DNA of 63,250 bases, filler included, from Chiloscyllium plagiosum (Eukaryota): assembly GCF_004010195.1 (NCBI RefSeq). It is 4 parts of one record of this genome, joined end to end, with 100 filler letters (N's around TTAATTAATTAA, not from the genome) between each part and the next. Parts side by side here need not be neighbours in the genome. Positions count along the whole stretch, not along the records: positions 1 to 28,545 come from NC_057713.1; 3 more parts are not named here. One strand, written 5' to 3'. Every line of letters starts with the position of its first letter. Position 1 is the stretch's first letter. The position numbers and the translations under genes are program-made. Shown here piece by piece: positions 11,296-22,770 of the stretch. The notes under the pieces were generated by a model. The model made no database searches. It worked only from the letters and a program-made list of their open reading frames with translations, and had not been told where the DNA came from.

Positions 11296-12619
11296 ACATC
11301 TTATAGTCTAACCCAAAACTTGTGGATCCGGGCACAACCTGTATGGCTTCCATTTTACATATATTAGTTTCCCCTGTAATTGTTCATGATGGTATTATTC
11401 TTTGAGATAGCAATCAAATGAAAATAAAGGATGGGTTGGGGGGGGTGTCAAACAGTGAGTCATAGATTTGATCATCAAGCCAGCACATAGCTGCCATAAT
11501 ACAATACAGATGCTGACTGAGTCATAGTCTTTAACCTTGAAGTCATTACCAGCAAAATAATTCTGCAGAGTTTGAGGGGGAAGGAATGCACTAATTCCTT
11601 TCCACTGTGAGCTCTCAAGCAGATATAATGGAATGTCACAGGCTGTGTTCATGCCTTAGTGTAGCTGGTTAGAGAAACAGCCCTGTAGGAGTGGCATCAG
11701 GTTCAGCACAATCGGATAATGTAGGCAACCTTTCCTGCAGCTTTCTTCCTCTGACCTTCTGTCCAGGGACATTTTTCTTGCTACAGGAGGGGCTGACTGA
11801 TCTGCCCCTGTTTCCATGCACTTTTCCTGACCGACAGAGCTGACTGGAGCTGGGAAGCAGGTTGAAGTGGTTGCAGTGCATGCTCCCATCAGCGAGGAAC
11901 CTTATCGAACCCTGATTGACAAGGTCTGCCCAGGGACCATCACTGTAGCAAGGAATATTTGCCCTCAGGAACATGCATGCAGCTCATGGACAGGATCAGG
12001 CTGCATCTTTCATCCCTGTTATGGCTGTCACTCAACTAACCTCCAGCATCTGCAGTCCTCACTTTCACCTCACTCACTCTGAGTCTGCCCAGTCCTTGCT
12101 TGCATTGCCTTATCTTTACGCGCATTGCTCCCTCAGCCAGAGCTACCAGGTTCATATTACTGCCAACTTGCCATTCCATTGAGCACAGACTCAAAGCCAG
12201 GAAGCTTGTTATAGTTGTGAGACCATTCAAGGGGGATAGCCTTTGTTCAGAGGACACCATCACAGTCACCTGGAACAGACTTTCCAGCCAGTGTGTAATG
12301 ATGTATTCAATAGGGCCCACTGACATTAACTTATTTTGTATAAATGTTACTAATATTATTTTGTTCAGGAGTCTTGTAGCCGTGGTAATCTTTGAGCTAA
12401 GAGGCCCATATTCAAGTCCCACCTAGTCCAGAGGTGTGTAAAAACATTGCTGAACAGGTTGGTGTGAAAATATCTTCAGGAATTGTTGCATTTGAACATT
12501 GATTGCCTGTTGAGCTGCTGTTGAATGCTGTCAATAAGTTGGAGATGTCTCTTCCTACAATGACATTTGACTTCTTTGGCCCGGGAAAGAACAATTGAAA
12601 CTATCAAGCCACTCTCTTA

Positions 12620-12860
12620 GGGGGAGGCAGTGGTTTAATGGTAATATCACTGGGCTAGTAATCTAGGTCCTTCTGAGGACATGAGTTTGAATCTCTCCAT
12701 GACAGATGGTGAAGTTTGAATTCAATAAACATTTAGAATTGAAAGTTAGTTTAATGGCAACCATATAACCACTAGTGGCTGCCATCTTATAAAAACTACT
12801 ATCTGATTCACTGAGGCCCTTTGTTGTCATGACTTGACCTGGCTTCTGTATGATTCAGAC
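12620..12860 (+). mobile_element. Old tRNA-derived SINE (second family)
   Basis: GGGGAGGCAGTGGTTTAATGGTAATATCACTGGGCTAGTAATC..GAGTTTGAATCTC; related pieces at about 21590-21790 (-) and 54360-54470. Confidence 0.55.
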
Positions 12861-13247
12861 AAAGGTTGAAAAGATAATCAGGAATCCTGTCAGAAAGAAG
12901 AACAGACTGTCTCCAAATGAGGTGTCCCTGGAGAGTTGTGACAGTGAGTTAAACAAAACACTGTCATTAAAATCTCACAGAGATGTTAAGCTTGTTGCTC
13001 TATCTTGAGACACAGGCAGACTTTTTGAGTATATTTGACATTTTTCTTTTTTTAATTTCATTTTCCCAACAGCCGCAACATTTTACTTCTGTGTTAACAT
13101 TTCTTTCTCTTTGTTATCAACTTCGCACCCCATCCCCTACCACTCCCCACGGCTTTTTATTTGTCAAACCACTTCTCCAACATTCATTATTGGAGGGAAA
13201 AAAAGTTTCTTTTGTACAGCTGAGGAAGAAAGCAAATTCCAATGTCA

Positions 13248-15450
13248 GAACAGGGACAGGATTGGCTGCCTGAACTGCTGTGCTCTTCCAGCACCACTGA
13301 TCCAGAATCTGGTTTCCAGCATCTGCAGTCATTGTTTTTACCTCAGGATTGGCTGTTGCAGGTTCCAGGATTTAAATGTTTTAGTAGGGTCAGAGGTGGG
13401 GGTAAAAGAGGGGGAGGTGTGGCATTGCTTGTCAAAGATAGTATTACAGCGGTGGAAAGGACGATGGATGAGGACTTGCCATCTGAGGTAGTTTGGGCTG
13501 AGGTTAGGAATAGGAAAGGTGAGGTCACCCTGTTAGGAGCCTTTTACAGGCCTCCTAATAGTCCTAGAATCATTGAAGAAAGGATAGGGAAGGTGATTCA
13601 CGAGATGAGTGACAGTAATAGGGTGGTTGTTATGGGGGACTTTAACTTTCCTGATATTGATTGGGAAAGCTATAGCTCAAGTTCGTTAGATGGGTCAGTG
13701 TTTGTTCAATGTGTGCAGGAGAGTTTCCTGACACAATATGTAGACAGGCCAACAAGAGGTGAGGCCATACTGGATTTGGTTCTGGGTAACGAACCAGGCC
13801 AGGTGTTAGAATTAGAGGTAGGTGAGCACTTTGGGGATAGTGACCATAATACGGTGATTTTTACACTCGTGATGGAGAGGGATAAGTGAGGACGACAGGG
13901 CAAGAGTTATAGCTGGGGTAAGGGAAATTATGATGCGGTGAGGCATGACTTAGGATGTGTGGCTTGGAAAAGTAGACTCCAAGGCAAGAGTGTAAATGAT
14001 ATGTGGAGATTGTTCAAGGAGCAACTATTGAGTGTCCTTGATAATTATGTACCGGTCAGGCAGGTAGGAAAGGGTCGTGCGAGGGAGCCGTGGTTTAATA
14101 AGGAATTGGAATCCCTTGTTAAATGGAAGAGGGCGGCCTATCTCAAGATGAGACGTGAAGGTTCAATTGGGGCGATTGAGAGTTATAGGGTAGCCAGGAA
14201 GGACCTGAAGAGAGAGCTAAGAGCAGCAAGGAGGGGACATGAAAGGTCCCGAGTCGGTAGGATTAGGGAAAACCCTAAGGCTTTCTATAGGTATGTTAGG
14301 AATAAAAGAATGACTAGGGTAGGAATAGGTCCAGACAAGGATAGTAGGGGGAAGTTGCGTGTGGAGGCAGAAGAGATTGCGGAGACACTGAATGAATACT
14401 TTTCTTCAGTATTCACTCAGGAACAGGGCATTGTTGGCGATGAGAATACTGAGGCACAAATAAGTAGAATGGATGGCTTTGAGGTATGTAGAGAAGAGGT
14501 GTTGGAAATCCTGGAAAAGGTGAAAATAGATAAGTCCCCTGGGCCTGATGGCATTTATCCTAGGATTCTCTGGGAAGCAAGGGAGGAGATTGCAGAGCCA
14601 TTGGCCTTGATTTTTATGTCCTCTTTGTCTACAGGAGTAGTCCCAGAAGACTGGAGGATAGCAAATGTGGTCCCCTTGTTCAAAAAGGGGAGTAGGGATA
14701 GCCCTAGTAACTATAGGCCGGTGAGTCTCACTTCTGTTGTGGGCAAAGTCTTAGAGAGAATTGTAAGGGATAGGATTTATGCACATCTAGATAGGAATAA
14801 TGTGATCAAGGATAGTCAGCATGGTTTTGTGAAGGGCAAGTCGTGCCTCACAAACCTTATTGAATTCTTTGAAAAGGTGACGAAGGAGGTTGATGAGGGG
14901 AAAGCGGTAGATGTGGTATATATGGATTTTAGTAAGGCGTTTGATAAGGTTCCCCATGGTAGGCTACTGCAGAAAATACGGAGATATGGCATTGAGGGTG
15001 AGTTGGAGGTTTGGATTAGGAATTGGCTGGATGGAAGAAGACAGAGGGTAGTAGTTGATGGCAAAGTTTCTTCATGGAGTGCCGTCACTAGCGGTGTTCC
15101 GCAAGGATCTGTTTTGGGACCATTGCTGTTTGTCATTTTTATAAATGACCAGGAGGAGGGGTTAGAAGGTTGGGTGAGCAAGTTTGCGGAAGATACGAAA
15201 GTCGGAGGAGTTGTTGACAGTGAGGAAGGATGTAGCAGGTTACAGCAGGATATAGAGAAGCTGCAGAGCTGGGCAGAAAGGTGGCAGATGGAATTCAATG
15301 TAGCTAAGTGCGAGGTGACTCACTTTGGGAAGAATAACAAAAAGATGGGGTACTGGGCTAATGATCGGATACTTGGTAGTGTGGATGAGCAGAGGGATCT
15401 TGGTGTCCATGTACACAGATCTCTGAAAGTTGCCACCCAAGTAAATAGTG
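13248..15450 (+). mobile_element. Young CR1 LINE ORF2 (APE endonuclease + RT), truncated, one premature stop
   Basis: GGGVALLVK, YRPP, VVMGDFNFPDIDW, ILDLVLGN, SDHN (APE); single TGA at 13887 in the same frame as KSPGPDG, NYRPVSLTS, QHGF, DFSKAFDKV, GVPQGSVLGP and KFAEDTK (catalytic DD changed to ED). Confidence 0.97.
13269..13343 (+). mobile_element. Penelope-like terminal fragment (family A) inserted in frame into CR1 APE
   Basis: TSD CAGGATTGGCTG at 13257-13268 and 13344-13355 (87-bp offset). Confidence 0.85.
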
Positions 15451-16079
15451 CGGCCTCCCTAATAGCATTGTGGGTCTCCTTACTGTCCATGGGCTGCAAT
15501 GGCTCAGAAAGGCAGCTGACTCCCACCTTCTCACAGGGCAACAATGGACAGGCAATAAATGCCAGCTAGCCAGCAACACCCATGTTCCATGAGTGAATCA
15601 ATCTAAAAACGTTCTAGTTATTCAAAACTTGAGGTAATTTTCCTTCACTACCAGATCTGCATGTTTCATTTAACTGTTCCAGTCTCATAAGCTGCGATGC
15701 TTTTTTTCCCACGAGCACTCACGCTACCAAGATTTTCTCAGTCTTCCATTAAAAGTTTTTGCAGATTTACAATGAAATATCTCTCGTCTGGATGTTTTCA
15801 TAAACAACAACCTTTACATTGAGGAAACCTATTCCCTTAACCGTCTTCAACAATCTCTGTTTCTAGGAGAATGTATTAAGACTATAAGAAATAGAGCCAG
15901 GAGCATACCTTCCAGCCACTCGAGCCTGCTGGTCCAACATTCCTTGATACGTGGCTGATCCAACAGTCCTCATTCCACTTCCTTGCCCCTTTCCCTGTAG
16001 CGCTTGATTCTCCAACTGATCAAGAATCTATCTCAGTTTAAACATACACAAGAACTCTGTCTCTACAGCACTCTGTGGC

Positions 16080-16352
16080 AAGGAGTGGGCATAGCTTTAA
16101 ATTAAGGGGTGGTAGGTATAGGACAGATGTTAGGGGTAGATTCTTTACTCAGCGAGTCGTGAGTTCATGGAATGCCCTGCCAGTAGCAGTGGTGGACTCT
16201 CCCTCTTTATGGACATTTAAACGGGCATTAGATAGGCATATGGAGGATAATGGGCTAGTGTAGGTTAGGTGGGCTTGGATCGGCGCAACATCAAGTGCTG
16301 AAGGGCCTGTACTGCGCTGTATTTTTCTATGTTCTATGTTCTATGTTCTATG
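16080..16352 (+). mobile_element. CR1 3' end with (TTCTATG)n tail
   Basis: GHSFKLRGGRYRTDVRGRFFTQRVVSSWNALP. Confidence 0.92.
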
Positions 16353-16419
16353 TCATGGTTAAGGAGATGGTGTCAGCTGACACAGAGTGAATGCCTGTGA
16401 TAGCACCAGGAATTCCTTG

Positions 16420-17350
16420 GGGAGAAATTCAGTGTCTAGGTGATGGATCCACCTGGACATTGCTGCTCCCAATGTCTCACATGTGAATCAAGTGGCCACC
16501 TCCTTCCTGGTCCATCCTCAAGTGGTCAGAGGTTGTCCACGTTACCCGAGGGAGGTTGAAACCGGAGACTTCCACCATTCAAGTTGCAGAGGGTGAGGCC
16601 TGTAGTCAACTGAGAGGTGAGTCATTGAGAGCTGGGCCTCTCCTCAGTTTATAGGGTGTTCCGTGTCTACAGGAGGGGACTGCAGAATTTCAGATGAATG
16701 GCAGGCCCTGTGCCAATGGGATTATTTTCTTCGCTGCCAAGCAATGGTGTTCCTTGAGGAGTATGTCTTCTCTGTGGACATCAGCAGATTCAAATATGTT
16801 CTGGTGGAGGGAGCCAATCCAACTGTGTTGATCTCAATATCAAAGAACTGATCCTCATGACTTCCCAGAGGTGGGTATCTATTGGGCTCCGGAGTCAGGT
16901 TGAGGAGAGACATTCTACAGTTGGGATGTTGTAGGGGGTGGGGGAGGAGTTGTTGATGGTGTACCAGTGCCTGAATTTTCATCTCTACAGGATCACTTAT
17001 TATTTACAGTTTCTGTCTGAGGATTCTCTTTGACTTTACCATTGGCTCTGGTGTTCTGTGTGTGTAGCCTGTGACTCAAAGCAAGATCAAAAGTGATGCC
17101 AAGGTAATTTGGCATTGGATCAATGGTGAGTGGTTGACTATGGAAGTGGGCATTAAGTTTTTCCCTATCCCTTATGCTGTCACTGTGGAAGGCTGCAATG
17201 ACAGTAGTCTTTGTAGGCTTTTTTTGGTGGAAGTCTCCACTTGACAACGTAGTCTTCCAGACAACATGGGTCTTTAGTGTTCCCTTAATGTCCTGGAAAA
17301 AAAGAACCAAGTCATTAGCATTCATGAAGAGCTGTGACTTTGTGGGAGGC
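16420..17350 (-). mobile_element. Degenerate non-LTR retrotransposon RT C-terminus, Vingi/Ingi-like
   Basis: NANDLVLF (YADD-like), KTTVIAAFH, MPNYLGITFDLALSH (PKYLGVTLDRTL-like), and downstream GFNLPRVTWTT..HLR..GHLIH. Confidence 0.6.
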
Positions 17351-17369
17351 AGGTCACTGGTGGAAGAGA

Positions 17370-17605
17370 GGAGAAAGTGAAGGGCGCAGATGCTGGAGAA
17401 TCAGAGTTGAAAAGGGTGGTGCTAGAGAAGCACAGCAGGTCAGGCAGCATCTGAGGAGCAGGAGAGTCAATGTTTCGGGCACAAGCCCTTCATTAGGAAT
17501 CACATTTCTGATGAAGAGCTTATGGCTAAAGCGTCGACTCTCCTGCTGGTCAGATGCTGCCTGACCTGCTGTACATTTCCAGCACCACCCTTTTTGACTC
17601 AAAAT
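17370..17605. mobile_element. Fold-back Penelope-like mini-element (family A) with 10-bp TSD
   Basis: Arms meet near 17500; TSD GTGGAAGAGA at 17360-17369 and 17606-17615. Confidence 0.8.
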
Positions 17606-17744
17606 GTGGAAGAGACTCAGTGTGAGGATCCTCCAATTAAACATTCTGAAAACTGAAACTATTAACTTTGCACCTGCCACAAACTCTTTCCCTCGCTACA
17701 AACTGCACTCAACTCTCTCGCAACTGATTGACTGCTCCAGATTC

Positions 17745-18252
17745 TGATTTGATTTATTATTGTCACATTTTCACTAGGTACCGTGAAAAGCTTTGTTTTG
17801 TCTGCATTACAGAGAGATCATACTATTCAATAGAACCGAGCAAGGAATGCAAAGTTACGACTGCAGGGAAGGTGTACAAAGAGCAAGATCAACATTTCAG
17901 TGTAAAATTTGAGAGGTTCTTTCAGAAGCCTGATAAGAACAGGGAAGAAGCTGTTCTTGAACTTGTTGGTATATGTGTTTAAGCTTTTGTATCTGCTTGC
18001 CAGAAGAGCTTATATCAGGGGTGGGAGGGGTCTTTGATGATGTTGGCTTTCTGAGGCAGTGAGAAGTCTAGATGGAGTCAATGGATAGGAGGCTGGCTTC
18101 CATGATTGGTTGAGCTACGTTCACAACTCTTTTAGTTTCTTATGGCCTTGGGCAGAGCAGTTGCCTTTTCAACCTGTAATGCATCTGGAATGCTTTCGAT
18201 ATTGCATCTGGAAAATTAGTAAGAGTCCTTCTGGACATGTTGAACTTCCTTA
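17745..18252 (-). mobile_element. Rex1/Babar LINE 3' fragment
   Basis: Minus strand LRKFNMSRRTLTNF..CNIESI..CITG..GNCSAQGHKKL..VVNVAQ; 3' end GTGACAATAATAAATCAAATC. Similar tails at about 20965-21090 and 31808-31930. Confidence 0.75.
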
Positions 18253-19045
18253 GTCATAGAGTCATAGAGATGTACAGCATGGAAATCGACCCTTCGGTCC
18301 AACCCGACCAGATATCCCAACTCAATCTAGTCCCACCTGTCAGCACCTGGCCCATATTCCTCCAAACCCTTCCTATTCATATACCCATCCAAATGCCTCT
18401 TAAATGTTGTAATTGTACCTGCCTCCACCACTTCCTCTGGCAGCTCATTCCATACACGTACCACTCTCTGTGTGAAAATGTTGCCCCTTAGGTCTCTTTT
18501 ATATCTTTCCCCTCTCACCCTAAACCTATGCCCTCTAGTTCTGGACTCCTCGATCCCAGGGAAAGGATTTTGCCTATTTATCCTATCCATGCCCCTCATA
18601 AGGGCGGCACGGTGGCACAGTGGTTAGCACTGCTGCCTCACAGCGCCAGAGACCTGGGTTCAATTCCCGCCTCAGGCGACTGACTGTGTGGAGTTTGCAC
18701 GTTCTCCCCGTGTCTGCNNNNNNNNNNNNNNNNNNNNNNNNNNNNNNNNNNNNNNNNNNNNNNNNNNNNNNNNNNNNNNNNNNNNNNNNNNNNNNNNNNN
18801 NNNNNNNNNNNNNNNNNNNNNNNNNNNNNNNNNNNNNNNNNNNNNNNNNNNNNNNNNNNNNNNNNNNNNNNNNNNNNNNNNNNNNNNNNNNNNNNNNNNN
18901 NNNNNNNNNNNNNNNNNNNNNNNNNNNNNNCTACCTGCGACTCCACTTTCAAGGAGCTATGAACCTGCACTCCAAGGTCTCTTTGTTCAGCAACACACCC
19001 TAGGAGCTTACCATTATGTGTATAAGTCCTGCTAAGATTTGCTTT
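18253..19045 (-). mobile_element. CR1 3' fragment interrupted by an HE1 SINE and N gap 18718-18930
   Basis: MRGMDRINRQ..RTRGHRFRVRGERYKRDLRGNIFTQRVVRVWNELP; QVHSSLKV at 18931-18970. Confidence 0.88.
18602..18717 (+). mobile_element. HE1-type SINE 5' part
   Basis: GGGCGGCACGGTGGCACAGTGGTTAGC (A box) and GGTTCAATTCC (B box). Confidence 0.92.
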
Positions 19046-21284
19046 CCCAAAATGCAGCGCCTCTTAGTGTTGTGAGGAAGTAGAGGCACTGTTGTGCCTT
19101 CTCGATTGTGAATTATTGGAAATACTGATTGACACATCTGTGCCACTCTTAAGACCATCTTCTGCCATGCCCTGGTATTGCCCATCTCTACCCTGCAGCT
19201 ACTTTATCACCCATATGTTTGTTCCCTTTAGTCTTTATTATTCTTGTGCTCTCTTGGTCAGTCTCTCAAATTGCACTTTCTGGAAATGTGAACTCACCCA
19301 TACCTCTGTTCCTCTAACATCCCATTTGGACATCATTCAAGTCTTCAGTGAACTGCTTCTGCAGATGTTCTGCGAATTTTGAAATTCTCATCCTTATATT
19401 CAGGTCTGTCCATTGCCTTACTCCTCCAAATCTGTGCAATCTCCTACTCTCCTCCAATCCGAGCCTCTTGAGGATTCTGATGCTCTTTGCTTCGCCATTG
19501 CTGTTTATGTGTTCATAGCTCTGCTACTCCCTTTATAAATTAAAGATACTGAAAGGAGATTTAAGAAATATCAAGGCTAAGGTATTGCCTCCATAGTAAT
19601 GAAAAACATGGAATTGTGATTGCTGCAACCTTATCTATGGATTGTATCGACATTTTAAGATACAGCCTTTTCTGCTTTTCAAAAGGCCTTCATACAATGA
19701 TCAGTCTGACACCTATCATGATGTGAAGATAACCTAATGAAAGTGATGGCTCTGATTTTAACAGGGATCAGATGTAACATTACAATAGTTTTGCTTTACA
19801 GCCCTTAGGCTGTAATGTCAACTAATATCACTGTTGTTAACTAGCAAAGTCCATCATTATGACATTCCTGATAGATTTTAACCAAGGGTGATGACCTTCG
19901 CTGACATGGGGACTACTGAAGATTCTGCCTCAGTAGAGGTGACAGGGTGGATTAAACCACCTGCCGCCTGTTAATGTCAAACTAATTTCTGTTGGGCTTT
20001 TGGAACAGTTGACATCTAAGCTTCTCCTTTCTCAAACTCAGACCATTTTCTCTGATCATTGCTTTCAAAGAAAGTAGTGAATTTGAGAGAAGTGTGTTTA
20101 TGAACTCATCTGGAACTCTGCTTGCAGGTGGAATAGATACCAGAGCAGCACAAGGAACCTGACGATGGGGTCAGGGAATCAAATGTTACAGGGATATGGC
20201 AAAGAGGTGGAGGGAAGGATTAACAGATCAGCCACGCACTCTCATTGAATGGCACAGCAGATTCAATGGGCCAAATGGCCTACATCTACTCCTAAATCAT
20301 GTGGTCCCGGGTCTTGCTCAGGCTAGCTCACCAGACACAATCTCCTTAGGAATGTGATTGTCATCTAGCCCAAACTGGCAAAGTCACCCCTGCTTTGCGA
20401 TTGCTAGAGGTGAACTTGTAAGACGGGCACACTACTGCCTCTATTCCTCACTGGGATGGGGAGAAGGAGCCACAGACATCAAAGATAAAACCTCCTTTCT
20501 TGGCAGTTGTATCTCGGCCATACTGCTGGGCTGTGAAGCTGCTACCTACATGAAGCTCGCAAATCACGGTTGGATGCTCGCTTGTTTAATTCTGTGTCTA
20601 TTTCATGAATCAGCCAAAAGCTGTAGTTCTTTTGTCCATCTGGAGACAGATAGTCTGCCCACAGTAGGAGAATTTCCTAACTATCACTCATGACATGCGT
20701 AGGCTGGTCACAGCTCAGGACAGACTTGTTTTATTTTTTAATAAATTTTACACACAAACAAATGGTTTTTCATCCCACCATCAAATCGCCCATGGTATCT
20801 TTTCCCTTTGATAATCCCCACCAGTGACTCACCCATGTTTCCAACTGAACAGATTATGAGCAAGCCATTAGGGCAAGGTCCAAACACTCAAGGCCTTCTG
20901 GGTAGGGGCACTACCACTGTGCGACAACAGTCTTTTAAGACTCAATATCTGGCAAAAATTATTTTGAGTTTGAGTTTGATTTATTGTTGTTGTATTGTTG
21001 TCAGATACAGTGAAAAGTATTGTTTTGCATGCTCTACAGGCATGTTGTACCATACAAAGTGCATCAGGGTAGATCAAGGCATGTTATGATACATCCCTGG
21101 AGATGGTGGGACTTGAACCCGACTCTTCAGGCTGAGAAGTAGGGACACTAATGAGTTCCTCTGGGTCTGCTTTATCCTTTTATAAAAATATTTCTATATG
21201 TTCATACATGAGATGAGGACATCACTTTCTAGGCCAGCGTTTATTGCCCAGTCCTAAGAGAACAGTTAAGAGGCAATCACCATG

Positions 21285-21580
21285 TGGGCAGCAGGGTGGC
21301 TCAGTGGTGAGCACTGCTGCCTCACAGCACCAGGGGCTGGGTTCAATTCCAGCCTTGAGCAGATTGTGTGGAGTTTGGGAATTCTCCCCTTGTCTGTGTG
21401 GGTTTCCTCTGGGTGCTCCAGTTTCCTCTCACAGTTCAAAGGTGTGCATATTAGGTGGATTAGCCATGGGAAATTCACAGTTATAAGGTGGAGGCGGGGT
21501 CTGGATGGGATGTTCTTCAGAGGGTTGGCATGTACTCGATGGGCTGAATGGCCTGCTTCCACACCGTAATGATACAATGA
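21285..21580 (+). mobile_element. HE1-type SINE (diverged)
   Basis: A/B boxes and V-domain recognisable. Confidence 0.8.
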
Positions 21581-21855
21581 TTTCTGTGGGTGTGGAATTA
21601 TATGTAGGCCAAACTAGGTAAGGATAGTCATTTAAATCTCTAGAGGGCATTACTGAACCTGATAGGTTTTTCTCCTGACAATCAGGACTGGTTACATTGC
21701 CATCATTAGACTCTTAAATCTAGATTTTTATTGAATTCAAACCCCACCATCTAACATGGTGGGATTTGAATCCAGGACCCCAGGATATTAGAAGCTGGAA
21801 CAGAAATTGCTGAATAGCTCAGCAGGTCTGGGAGCATCTGTGGAGAGAAATCAGA

Positions 21856-21891
21856 GTTAATATTTCAGGTCCAGTGACCTTTCCTCAGAAC
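21856..21891 (-). ncRNA. Minimal hammerhead motif (family C)
   Basis: GUU-CUGAGGA-A-AGGUC-ACUG-GACCU-GAAA-UAUU-AAC. Confidence 0.65.
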
Positions 21892-22465
21892 TCCTTGATG
21901 CCAGAAAGGAAAAGAAGTAGCTTCCTGTTAACATGTCGAATGAGCCGGAGGTTGAAGAGGAACTGGGGAGCAGTGCAGCTCTGAGCCAGTGTGAAGCAGT
22001 GCTGTCAGAGGGAGAAGTCAAGAGCATGTATACAAAGACGCACGGCAGTGTGGATCTCAGGATATCAGTGAAATGTTGAACATCACCGAGATACCTGGGT
22101 GATCCTGGGTGGATTCAAAACACAAAGGATGAAACTTGAGTTGGAATACACGTGGGGTGAGTCTGAGCCTGAGGGAGTCACTGAGGAATGTGATGCGGCT
22201 GTGGAAATTAGCTTCAGCAAATGTCTGGTCAAACACCAGGAGTGACAAATTAATGGCAGTGAACAAGAGAAAAGATTGGAATGGAAATCTTGCCGGAGAG
22301 AGGAGCAGAACGTCTTCACGGTGGGCATGCCTGAAAGAGATGTGGCAGTGAGTTAAATACTGAATAAAAAAACCGAAAGAACTGCGGATGCTGGAAATCA
22401 GAAGCAAAAGCAGAAATTGCTGGAAAAGCTCAGCACATCTGGCAGGCTCAGGAAGAAAAATCAGA

Positions 22466-22501
22466 GTTAACGTTTCAAGTCCAGTGACCCTTCCACAGAA
22501 C
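22466..22501 (-). ncRNA. Minimal hammerhead motif (family C, core mutated to CUGUGGA)
   Basis: GUU-CUGUGGA-A-GGGUC-ACUG-GACUU-GAAA-CGUU-AAC. Confidence 0.55.
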
Positions 22502-22770
22502 TCCTCAGCACCCCAGCATATTATCTGGGATTCATCTCTGGATTAATAGTCTATTGATAATACCTCCAGGCCACTCTGCCAGGTCTTGGTCTACTTTTAT
22601 TGATATATGTCTGGATGTGTTATCACACACAACCCAATGACTTCCCCACCACCAAATCATTGTGACTTTTTATTTTGTTTTTTTTAACTATTAACTGTCG
22701 CCAGTAATCACTCATGCATGCTAAATTTACAAACAAAACCCATTATGGGAGATGCTAACCATCAAAAGTG

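Larger units (their letters stand above)
21790..22501 (-). mobile_element. Penelope-like 5' ORF fragment between two directly repeated hammerhead-bearing terminal repeats (family C)
   Basis: SLLVFDQTFAEANFHSRITFLSDSLRLRLTPRVFQLKFHP resembles a Penelope ORF N-terminus; repeats at about 21795-21891 and 22405-22501. Confidence 0.65.

Noticed and set aside
13938..15569. 543-aa ORF as a host gene or active RT
   Set aside because: It is truncated CR1 ORF2 with an upstream stop, an FAED active site, and a C-terminus that runs into unrelated repeat sequence.
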